Assembly: GCA_964398185.1 (NCBI GenBank)
Contig: CAYNML010000003.1
Coordinates: 16,303-80,302 of the forward strand
Reading direction: 5' to 3'
Origin: an uncultured Anaerolineae bacterium
GTDB taxonomy: Bacteria > Chloroflexota > Anaerolineae > Fen-1058
DNA length: 64,000 bases
A program made the position numbers and the translations under genes. Below, one piece after another: positions 58,401-64,000 of this stretch (positions are counted from its first letter, which is position 1; every line of letters begins with the position of its first letter). The notes beneath the pieces were generated by a model. That model was given only the letters and a program-made list of their open reading frames with translations. It was not told the origin of the DNA and made no database searches.

Positions 58401-58571
58401 AAGGTGGCGCTGTTCGCGTCGTATCTGCCGCAGGGCACGTATGAGTACACGTACCAAATCCGCGCGGGGCTGGATGGCACCTACAACGTGCTGCCCGCGC
58501 GCGCCGAGCAGATGTACTTCCCGGAGGTGTTCGGCAGAAGTGATGGGGAGCAGTTTGTGATTGAGAGGTGA
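52446..58571 (+). CDS. alpha-2-macroglobulin family protein with an intact thioester (CTEQ), membrane-anchored, 2041 aa
   Basis: thioester motif YPYECTEQTVSRFLPNV; macroglobulin/TED region (GGWGWW..., NMQVTTYVMFGL); N-terminal TM anchor and Ig-like (SbsA-type) domains; AAGGAG SD. Confidence 0.8.
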   Translation: MTTANPPRSSNRTPLIIVAVVAVLALIAGGVFLATRKSPEKVVQELVAQLPPFVIDRAPARGEEQGTEAPITLSFDKPMDRASVEQAFEITPRVSGAFKWNGDNTQVSFVPTGEGFARGEVYSVNVLTTALAANGMMLGQPLQFTFKAVGFLAVTQVMPADAAEGVDPDTDITVMFNRPVVPLAPIEEQANLPQPLVLDPPAPGKGEWINTSIYVFRPDDRLQSGIKYTAKIPAGLQDPLGAELREDVVWSFTTMTPQVIATGPTDGESDVWLDRSIQVVFSQPMNHASVESLFSLRQGSPDGPPVPGAFTWVTSTMVNDMLPMGMSGMMTAPQLGGGRASFLAETLIFSPTDLLARETPYFVKLAAGAQGASGGLPMPYDFQWSFTTVKPLYVIRTDPVDGGSAAPYASMDIYFSAPVDEKTLQYVTTSAEISPTNVYTYYSDYDNRYVYGFGPGPSGEYQVTIGAQVADRWGQPLGADQVINFRTRPLPPEQWFDVPGRFGVYGNYTDTVIYARYRNVSQLDLELYQVSLAEFAYLIGPESWSRWDQAVPVNGPPVRVWSVPVNKPLNEAGLIRIPVESDAGGVLPTGIYLIRVTSPEQQQNDYGGITRHLMVVSDNNVTLKAADKEGLVWATNLQSGLETAGVPISIYDPDFNRLSAGATDQAGLYRYDVEAQRDPNISLMAVLGDYGGPFGVAVSDWNAGIAPWDFGVYANYYASVYNAYLYTDKPIYRPGQTVHIKGIVRIEDDARYAIDPNLKLIDVLIYDAQGKQVYTGTQALNDFGAFNFDFDLDEEAALGGYSIQAQIPVRYPGQDVPIVQYYNGNFVVAEYRRPEFQVTVTAAQDEVLQGETIDVEVEASYFFGGAVGNAPVNWSAVASDYYFDRYDGPGYYDWNDIDYSGIYDSSRGGLIASGEGQTDAQGKFKISLPAQLDEKTGSQTFNIEAAVTDLNGQYVANRVSVIVHQGEYYIGVAPVDYVGTAGQPMDFNLLTVDWQGDAIGNKNLDIVFYQREWFNVQEQDDFGNIMWTWSFSDTAVFTTTATTGTAGKGITSFTPPNGGEYRVVARGVDGKNNKISSATYVWVSSEEYVSWRQDNNDRISLVADKKEYTPGDVAKILIPSPYQGQVRALITTERGRILDQRVITLQTNSDVIEIPITPALAPNAFVSVVLVKGVDQNDLAPSFKIGYASFKVNRAAQELYITLTPDRDPQTEHYAPRDTVTYTVQIENYAGEPVQAETSLAMVDLAVLSLLDRLNVPIADHFYGERGLGIRTGISLVYSVDRINVKLAEEAKGGGGGADAAGGFSVRGDFRDTAFWKADVTTDANGLATVSFTLPDNLTTWRMSAIAITKDGLVGEGQSEIRSTKDLLIRPVTPRFMIVGDQLNMAAVVNNNTSNDITADVSLEGTGITIDNGQVKQSVTVPAGGAVRVDWPVTVLDAEYADLTFSVRGGGLQDASKPTAGLPPDQHLPIYKYSTPDTTATSGNVTKEDPVRTEVIVLPKAIDTTQGDLKVQIDPSLAAGSTEGLKYLEHYPYECTEQTVSRFLPNVLTYRALKDLTLSEPELEEKLERLVRFGVQRLANQQHVDGGWGWWVTDKSNMQVTTYVMFGLIKARQAGFAVEQTMLDHGLNYLISNLQPTTSLATPWKANQQAYTLYVLAEAGKPQNSALISLYDDKRALLGNYGKALLALGLNLAQPNDKSRVNTLMSDIVSQAKTSATGVHWEEQDVYWGTWETDLRSTATVLDAFALLDPKNPLAPNVVRWLMNSRIEGRWASTQETAWTLIGFTDWMLATGELTPDYSWALKLNDAVVGTGTATSENVRQSAIITKSISELNVPVNVLTFERKAAEGQSGDGMMYYSAYLRAYQPVTGVQSLSRGIVIGRQYYDQGDACFKPLKPGEKAIPCTPVTTAKVGDTLVVKLSIVAPTDLYYVLVESPLPAGMEAVDTSLKTTSQIAEGPEFGPANQPYTFYGGWGWWWFTHTELRDEKVALFASYLPQGTYEYTYQIRAGLDGTYNVLPARAEQMYFPEVFGRSDGEQFVIER

Positions 58572-58617
58572 TCAGGGATCAGGGATCAGGTAACGAGTAA
58601 TCAGTAACGAATAAAGC
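58569..58617. repeat. tandem GATCAGG units followed by TAACGAGTAATCAGTAACGAATAA (stops in all three frames) directly after the A2M stop
   Basis: direct inspection. Confidence 0.6.
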
Positions 58618-58653
58618 GAAGTCCGGTCTTGGGGAAACTTGAGATCGGACTTC
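58618..58653. terminator. bidirectional hairpin GAAGTCCGGTC-N14-GATCGGACTTC shared by convergent A2M and phosphoesterase genes
   Basis: 11-bp stem with one mismatch; T-rich tracts on both sides. Confidence 0.65.
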
Positions 58654-58654
58654 T

Positions 58655-59125
58655 TCATTTGTCGGCAACTTTCAACTCGATGATCTTGGGTTCCAATCCG
58701 CGTGCTGTAACGCGGATGACGGCCACGCTAACCGGCAGATGAAAGCGGCGCGGGCCGGCGCTGCCGGGGTTGAGGTACAACACGCCGCGTTTCGTTTCGA
58801 TGACAGGTTTGTGCGAATGGCCGCTGATGACGGCGGCGATGTCATGCACGTCGGGCGTGAGACCGAGTTGATTCAGATCGTGCAGCACGAAGATCAGATG
58901 TTGATCGATCTGCACACGTTCAGTATAAGGTAGGGCGCGCGCCCATTCTTCGCGATCAGTGTTGCCGCGCACCACAAACACCGGCGCGATCTGGCGCAGA
59001 TCATCCAGAATGTCGCGGCGGCCCACATCGCCCGCGTGGATGATCACATCGGCGCCGCGCAAAGCCCTCACCGCCTCGGGGCGCAAGACACCGTGTGTGT
59101 CAGAAATTACGCCGATGGTTTTCAT
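58655..59125 (-). CDS. metallophosphoesterase (YfcE/MJ0936-family phosphodiesterase)
   Basis: GVISDTHG, GDVG, GNTD, GHSH metal-binding motifs. Confidence 0.85.
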   Translation of the reverse strand: MKTIGVISDTHGVLRPEAVRALRGADVIIHAGDVGRRDILDDLRQIAPVFVVRGNTDREEWARALPYTERVQIDQHLIFVLHDLNQLGLTPDVHDIAAVISGHSHKPVIETKRGVLYLNPGSAGPRRFHLPVSVAVIRVTARGLEPKIIELKVADK

Positions 59126-59163
59126 GATCTATGATGCGCTCATCTTCCCTGGGAGCCGCGCAC

Positions 59164-59217
59164 ATGAATGATAACACCATCCTCGTCTTCGCCCGCAACG
59201 GCCTGGGCGCTGCGTGA
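59164..59217 (+). pseudogene. 17-codon remnant of the 5' end of a dsrE-like gene (MNDNTILVFARNGLGAA*), a diverged duplicate of the start of 60123..60464
   Basis: about 79% identity over about 76 nt, including 23 nt upstream of the ATG, to 60098-60173. Confidence 0.4.
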
Positions 59218-59230
59218 GGCAGGCCAACCA

Positions 59231-59259
59231 AAAACGCGAGCCAGCTTGACTCGCGTTTT
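59231..59259. terminator. bidirectional intrinsic terminator AAAACGCGAG-N9-CTCGCGTTTT
   Basis: 10-bp stem flanked by an A-run and a T-run; downstream of hepT on the minus strand. Confidence 0.65.
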
Positions 59260-59294
59260 CATTGCGCCGCTTGCTGATCACCTCTGGTCATGCG

Positions 59295-59690
59295 TTACGC
59301 TTTGATGCGTGTCTGCCAATCATCTGCGATTATCTGATACACCGCCTCGGCTGCTCGTAGTGGATCATAAGCATCGGCCTCGACTATCTGTGGCATATCA
59401 CCAGGATAACGCGCCTCCACAGCCCAGACCGAGAGCGCGTACAGATTGGGAAAAGTCGCTTTCACCTGCCAGTCAGGTGGCACGATTTCGCGCAGGCGGT
59501 CCAGATCGTGCGTGAAGGGGAACTCGACTTCAAGCAAAACCAGTACAGCCTTAAGGGCCTTTTCGGCAGCCTGTTGCGCCAGGAAACACACCTGTCGCGG
59601 GTAATGATCAGGATCACGCAACAAGGCGTTGGCGGCATCCAGATCAGAGCGGGCATAAGCCAGCCACCGTCTTGATTCAGGGACGTTCAT
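59295..59690 (-). CDS. hepT: HEPN-domain toxin (HepT-like)
   Basis: HEPN fold with the Rx4-6H-like motif region; overlaps the upstream MNT gene by 14 nt. Confidence 0.8.
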   Translation of the reverse strand: MNVPESRRWLAYARSDLDAANALLRDPDHYPRQVCFLAQQAAEKALKAVLVLLEVEFPFTHDLDRLREIVPPDWQVKATFPNLYALSVWAVEARYPGDMPQIVEADAYDPLRAAEAVYQIIADDWQTRIKA

Positions 59691-60009
59691 AGATCACTTT
59701 CCCTTCTCTTAAGGCGGGGCGCAGCACGTCGCCGATGATGTTCCCTCGTGCAACTATTTCCTCAGGCGTGGTGACGATGATGTCCTTGCTGGCCGGCAAG
59801 TCGCTTAGCGCATTGCCAATGCGCACCGCGACCTGTCGTTTATTTTCCACGTAAGGCAGAACCACCAGCAAGTCAATATCACTGTCCGGGCGCGCATCGC
59901 CGCGCGCCCACGAGCCGAACAGGATGATGCGCAGCGGATCGAACTGCCGCGCGATGCGCCGGACAGCTTCAGCGAGGCATTCGGGTTGCGTGACGGGTGA
60001 CACGGTCAT
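59677..60009 (-). CDS. mntA: minimal nucleotidyltransferase antitoxin (MntA-like)
   Basis: NTase motif ILFGSWARGDARPDSDIDLLV; paired and overlapping with the HEPN gene. Confidence 0.8.
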   Translation of the reverse strand: MTVSPVTQPECLAEAVRRIARQFDPLRIILFGSWARGDARPDSDIDLLVVLPYVENKRQVAVRIGNALSDLPASKDIIVTTPEEIVARGNIIGDVLRPALREGKVIYERP

Positions 60010-60122
60010 GGGTGTGCCTTGCTGTCTATTTTACCTCACTCGCGGCGCACTGCCAGAATGCACAACGGCGGATCGCCAGGCGGTGGTTTATAATTCCCTC
60101 ATCCTCTCTCGGAGCCACACAC

Positions 60123-60464
60123 ATGAATAATACTACCATCCTCGTCTTCACCCGCACTGGAATGGGCGAGGCGCCCGCCGAGTTGCAGCAGAAACTCGCC
60201 GTGAAGTTCTTGCAACTTAACCTCGACGCCAACACGCTGCCCGCCAAGATTCTGTTTTACACCGACGGCGTGAAACTTGCGTGTGAGGGATCGCCCGTCA
60301 TCGGTGAATTGGAAGCCATGAAAGATCGCGGCGTGGAGTTGATCTTGTGCAGCACGTGTCTTGACTACTTCAATCTGCGCGACAGAGTGCAGGTCGGCAT
60401 CATCGGCGGCATGCCGGACATCATCGAGGCGTTGAGCATCGCGGGGAAAGTCATCAGCCTGTAA
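60123..60464 (+). CDS. DsrE/DsrF/TusD-like family protein
   Basis: 113-aa Rossmann-like protein (TILVFTRTGMGEAP...ILCSTCLDYF) with the conserved Cys region. Confidence 0.55.
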   Translation: MNNTTILVFTRTGMGEAPAELQQKLAVKFLQLNLDANTLPAKILFYTDGVKLACEGSPVIGELEAMKDRGVELILCSTCLDYFNLRDRVQVGIIGGMPDIIEALSIAGKVISL

Positions 60465-60658
60465 GCGCTCAAGCAACCGGGTTTCTGCAACCCGGCCTTG
60501 ATTCCAGGCAGATTGGAAAAACCCGGTTCCTGCGAACAATCCTGCGCGCTGCTTCGTGTTCTTCGTGGATCAAAATCAATCCGTGTAATCTGGGTGCATC
60601 CGTGCCCAAAAAAACGAGCCGACCTCAGAGCGAGATCGGCTCGCGGCGTTATTCCACT

Positions 60659-61075
60659 TCAGGGCGTGACAGTTGCCAAACGTGCCACGTCGCCCCCGGC
60701 ATTCGTGTGATACTCGTACTGCTGGCCGTTGGCCTCCAGGATCACACGATAACCCGGCGTGATCACCAGCGCGCACATGATGCCGGGGGTCTCGATGCCC
60801 AGGCAGGCATTGGGCCAGTCCACTGCCTCCACGCTCGCCACCGTAATCGCGCTCGCTGCAATAGTCAACCGCGCCGCCAGATCGTTAAGCGAGTTGGCGA
60901 CGGCGGCCGCCTGTCCAGACGTGCTCGCGTCGCCGCCGGGATTGAGCGGGCTGGGTGGAACGGTGGGCAGCACGCTCGGCGGGCTAGTTGGAACGATCGG
61001 GGCGGTTGAGGGCGCGCCGCACGCTGCCAGCAGCAGCGTTGCCAACAGCACAAGCCTCAGCAGTTTTGATTTCAT
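60659..61075 (-). CDS. hypothetical lipoprotein
   Basis: signal peptide MKSKLLRLVLLATLLLAAC with lipobox LAAC; AAGGAG SD; start at 61075 rather than 61126. Confidence 0.6.
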   Translation of the reverse strand: MKSKLLRLVLLATLLLAACGAPSTAPIVPTSPPSVLPTVPPSPLNPGGDASTSGQAAAVANSLNDLAARLTIAASAITVASVEAVDWPNACLGIETPGIMCALVITPGYRVILEANGQQYEYHTNAGGDVARLATVTP

Positions 61076-61177
61076 GGTTCGTTCTCCTTCACGCGCAATC
61101 ATAAGCCAGGTTGACAGGCGCTTCAACCGCTTAACCGCAAGGGTGATCGACCCGCGCGCAGCAAAACGCGGCGAAGA

Positions 61178-61441
61178 TTATTCGCCGCGCGGGGGTTTGG
61201 CCGGCTGATCGGGCGTTGGTTTCTTGCGCCGTTGTTCGCCCAGGCTGGCCGACAAGCCCAGCAGCGCCCCGCCGATGGTGCCCAGGATCAACTCCCACGT
61301 TGGGGTAGGCTGACCGCTGAAAACGGAGAACAGCAGCGCGACCACTGCGCCGGAGATCGCGCCCAGCACCACAATCGCTACACGCTTCCAGCCCGTCAGG
61401 CGGCCATACACATTATCAGAAGAAGGAGGTTGTTCAGACAT
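61178..61441 (-). CDS. hypothetical small membrane protein
   Basis: two predicted TM helices; weak SD. Confidence 0.4.
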   Translation of the reverse strand: MSEQPPSSDNVYGRLTGWKRVAIVVLGAISGAVVALLFSVFSGQPTPTWELILGTIGGALLGLSASLGEQRRKKPTPDQPAKPPRGE

Positions 61442-61580
61442 AGGCTTTCACCAAAAGTATACCATTACACGGGCCGTGATGCTTAGTACCAGGGTTTGAC
61501 AGTGGTTTGCACTTCACTTTTCATACGCAACATGCTATACTACCTCACGCAAGTTTCCCGCAGAGTGTGCCAGCGGCGAG

Positions 61581-61850
61581 ATGGTGATCATGACATCTTC
61601 ACCAACTTCACAAGAGGATCGTGCGTGGGCCGAGCGCTTGCAGCGCTGGGGATTGAGTGAGGTTACGCCACTCCTCGCTGAAGTGCTGCGTCCCTTTGGC
61701 GCGATCGGCGGCCAACTGTTGATGCTGGCTTCGCCGCTGGTAACCACATTCCTCAGTGCGGAGCGGCTCGATCAGCTTGTCGAGACCCTGGATGATCCGG
61801 AGCGGCTGGATCAAATCCTGCGCCGTCTGGATCACGAGGCCGAACGATGA
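61581..61850 (+). CDS. hypothetical protein
   Basis: preceded by TGcTATACT extended -10-like element (61533-61541); stop overlaps the next start (ATGA). Confidence 0.4.
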   Translation: MVIMTSSPTSQEDRAWAERLQRWGLSEVTPLLAEVLRPFGAIGGQLLMLASPLVTTFLSAERLDQLVETLDDPERLDQILRRLDHEAER

Positions 61851-62605
61851 ACTTGAATCAGATCATCACTGACTTCGGCGGCCTGCTGCTGTTGATTGTG
61901 TTTGGCGTGCTGGCTCCCGTGTTCTTGATCTTATTCCGCGGCGGGCGCCTCCGACCTCGCTTCCGCGCCATCCCGGCTTTCAGATTGCTGCGCGGGCAGA
62001 TGGGCCGGGCGATCGAATCCGGGCGCGATCTGCACGTCTCGATCGGCGCCGGCGGCGTCAGCGGCGATGATGCCGCGACCACGCTGGCGGGCCTGGCCAT
62101 CGCCGAATACCTGGCCGACGAAGCGGCCGCCAGCGGCATCGCGCCCATCGTCACCACATCTGATCCCACCAGCGCGCTGCTGGCCGAAGATGCCGTGCGG
62201 CGACCCTACACCCGCCAGGGCAATCTCAACGAATTTCCGCGCGGCGCGGCGCGACTACCCGCTTTGAATTCCACGCAATATGCCGCCGCCACCATGGACT
62301 TGCTCAATCACGAGCCGGTGTTGACCAACATCATGTCCGGCGCGTTCGGCGTCGAAGCCGCCTTGATCGATCAAGCGGCCAATAACCATGATCTGCCGCA
62401 GCTGTTCGGCGGATCTGATCCGCGCGCGCTGGCGGTGATGAGCACCTCGACCGATCAGATCTTGATGGGCGAGGAGATGTACGCGGCCAAGGCGTATCTG
62501 CGCGCCCAGCCGCCGCATCTGGCGACCCTGCGCGCCGCCGATGTGCTGCGCATGGTGATTGCGGTCTTGATCGTGCTGGCCTTTTTCATCGGACTGCTAT
62601 CGTGA
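61847..62605 (+). CDS. hypothetical membrane protein
   Basis: N- and C-terminal TM segments; translationally coupled to 61581..61850. Confidence 0.45.
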   Translation: MNLNQIITDFGGLLLLIVFGVLAPVFLILFRGGRLRPRFRAIPAFRLLRGQMGRAIESGRDLHVSIGAGGVSGDDAATTLAGLAIAEYLADEAAASGIAPIVTTSDPTSALLAEDAVRRPYTRQGNLNEFPRGAARLPALNSTQYAAATMDLLNHEPVLTNIMSGAFGVEAALIDQAANNHDLPQLFGGSDPRALAVMSTSTDQILMGEEMYAAKAYLRAQPPHLATLRAADVLRMVIAVLIVLAFFIGLLS

Positions 62606-62614
62606 GGCGTTGAC

Positions 62615-63253
62615 GTGAGACGAATTTTCACCAGCACTGCGCCCACCATCATCACCGGCATCGCCGGGTTGATCGTGCTGCTGAGCTACATCTTTCCCGC
62701 CGAGGTGCTGGTGCAGCTGCGCGCCATCCTGATCAACATCGCCGTCATTGTGGCGGGCATGGCGCTGCTGCTGGGGTTCTTCCGGTTGCTGAGTTTTCAT
62801 CTGCGGCGGGTGCAGCAGCGCAAGAACGGCTACAGTGCGCTGGCGCTGATCGTGGCGCTGATCGTGTTTGTCGCGCTGGCTGTTGAACGGGTGTTGACGT
62901 TGAATGCGCCTCAGCCGGCGGCCTTGCCTGTGACTAACTTGATCTTCAACGCCATCATTGCGCCGATTCAATCTTCGCTGGGCGCGCTGCTGGCGATCTT
63001 CCTGGGTGCAGCCGCGTTCCGCATGGCGCAGCGCCGCCGCACGTGGGGCACGTTGTGGTTTCTGCTCTCGGCCGTTGTCGTGCTGCTGACGCAGATTCCG
63101 GTTTCGCCGGACAGCGTACTGCTGCCCGTGCGGCAATTGATCGACGCGCTGGCCCTGGGCGGCCTGCGCGGCTTGTTGTTGGGCGTTGCGTTGGGTACTT
63201 TGGCGGTCGCGTTCCGCGTCTTGCTGGCGATCGATCGACCGCAGGGTGAATGA
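62615..63253 (+). CDS. hypothetical polytopic membrane protein
   Basis: GTG start 9 nt after the previous stop; 5-6 TM. Confidence 0.45.
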   Translation: MRRIFTSTAPTIITGIAGLIVLLSYIFPAEVLVQLRAILINIAVIVAGMALLLGFFRLLSFHLRRVQQRKNGYSALALIVALIVFVALAVERVLTLNAPQPAALPVTNLIFNAIIAPIQSSLGALLAIFLGAAAFRMAQRRRTWGTLWFLLSAVVVLLTQIPVSPDSVLLPVRQLIDALALGGLRGLLLGVALGTLAVAFRVLLAIDRPQGE

Positions 63254-63270
63254 ACGGATCAGTCTGATCT

Positions 63271-64000
63271 ATGATTTATTGTCCCGGATGTGGCACCGCC
63301 AATCGCGACGGCTCGCGTTTCTGCAATGAGTGTGGCACCAAGCTGCCCACCATGACCAGTGCGCTGTGCCCCACGTGCGGCATGCCCAATCCTCCCCACA
63401 GCCTGTTCTGCGAGAAATGCGGCACGCGTCTCACCGCCTCGCTGGCCGAAGAACCGGCAGCGCCGGAAGTTCCCGCCCCGGCGGCCTTCGTGCCCAAGGG
63501 TCTGTCACTGCCCACCAAAACGACGACCGAGCTGGAGTCTGCTGCCGCAGCGCCCGCCCCTGTCGAAGCGCCGCCGCCGGCTGAATCCGCCAGGCCCGTG
63601 GAAGAAGAACTGCCCGACTGGATGCAAGTGGTCCAATCGGCTGTGGCCGGCACCTCTGAGTTGGACATCGAAAAGGTGACAGCGGCCAGCGGCGCTGCCG
63701 ACGCCGAACCGGAGGAAGTGCCAGCCTGGCTGGCCGAGCTCGGCATCAAACAATCTGGCCCGCTCAAGAAATCACCCACCGATGAACTGCTGCCGGAATG
63801 GGCGCAGCGGTTGCGCACCATGCCCGAATTGGCTCAGCCGCCTGAGCCAGACGAAGAAGTCCCCGACTGGCTGAAGACGCTTGGCACTACCGGCCAACTG
63901 CCGTCCATGAGCGAAATGCCCGCGGCAGCGGCTCTTCCGCCAAACACTGCTGCGCCGCTTGAAGCGGCCGCTGTCACGGCGGCTGAACCGGCCGCGGAAG
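63271..64000 (+). CDS. 3'-partial CDS: double zinc-ribbon N-terminus followed by Pro/Ala-rich region with repeated EE(V/L)PDW(L/M) motifs
   Basis: MIYCPGCGTANRDGSRFCNECGTKLP...CPTCGMPNPPHSLFCEKCGTRL. The frame is open to the window end, so it is absent from the six-frame table, which lists a different frame (63359-63679) and the antisense 63276..63821. Confidence 0.55.
   Translation, partial: MIYCPGCGTANRDGSRFCNECGTKLPTMTSALCPTCGMPNPPHSLFCEKCGTRLTASLAEEPAAPEVPAPAAFVPKGLSLPTKTTTELESAAAAPAPVEAPPPAESARPVEEELPDWMQVVQSAVAGTSELDIEKVTAASGAADAEPEEVPAWLAELGIKQSGPLKKSPTDELLPEWAQRLRTMPELAQPPEPDEEVPDWLKTLGTTGQLPSMSEMPAAAALPPNTAAPLEAAAVTAAEPAAE

Noticed and set aside
63276-63821. 181-aa minus-strand ORF at the window end
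   Set aside because: The opposite strand encodes a zinc-ribbon protein with coherent motifs and an open frame to the window end. The minus ORF is Ser/Gly/Ala low-complexity.

Overview
This is a high-GC (about 65%) bacterial chromosomal segment that is densely coding, with no rRNA, tRNA, CRISPR array or transposase detected. Its overall flavour (GT39 and PTPS-related GT-C membrane proteins, PT-rich linkers, TadE-like proteins) suggests a Chloroflexi-like or actinobacterial-like organism, but I cannot assign it from sequence alone. The conserved core comprises murE and a heat-shock operon, hrcA-grpE-dnaK-dnaJ-prmA, preceded by a near-consensus sigma-A promoter and a perfect CIRCE operator. The core also includes infA, a MacAB/DevCBA-like ABC efflux set (ATPase, FtsX-type permease, HlyD adaptor), a B12-binding radical SAM gene and a PHP-family histidinol phosphatase. 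The rest of the window is an accessory cell-envelope region. It holds three GT-C membrane glycosyltransferases (two GT39/PMT-ArnT-like and one PTPS-related) that share a distinctive C-terminal soluble domain. Two glycan-assembly gene sets are present, a GT2 plus polyprenyl-phosphate sugar transferase set and a GT4 x2 plus second polyprenyl-phosphate sugar transferase set. Four tandem paralogous surface proteins are built from CBM4/9-like, LysM and SdrD-B-like modules plus a C-terminal TM anchor. A six-gene minus-strand cluster encodes TadE/TadG-like pseudopilin-type proteins (one with a vWA domain, one with giant Thr-Pro repeats) together with a CARDB-like protein and a beta-helix/P-domain protein. 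It follows a pentapeptide-repeat gene and a striking AT-rich promoter island. A 2041-aa thioester (CTEQ) alpha-2-macroglobulin lies beside a lipoprotein with tandem Ig-like repeats. A HEPN/MNT (HepT/MntA) toxin-antitoxin pair sits between two diverged copies of the 5' end of a dsrE-like gene. A recurring non-coding feature is a family of low-GC palindromes immediately downstream of genes. Each is built from iterated 6-9-nt words (TTACGC, ACGAGTAA, TGATCAAT, GGTTGTT, GATCAGG) that place stop codons in all frames and then fold into a hairpin. The many long antisense or overlapping ORFs in the six-frame track are high-GC artefacts and were not called.
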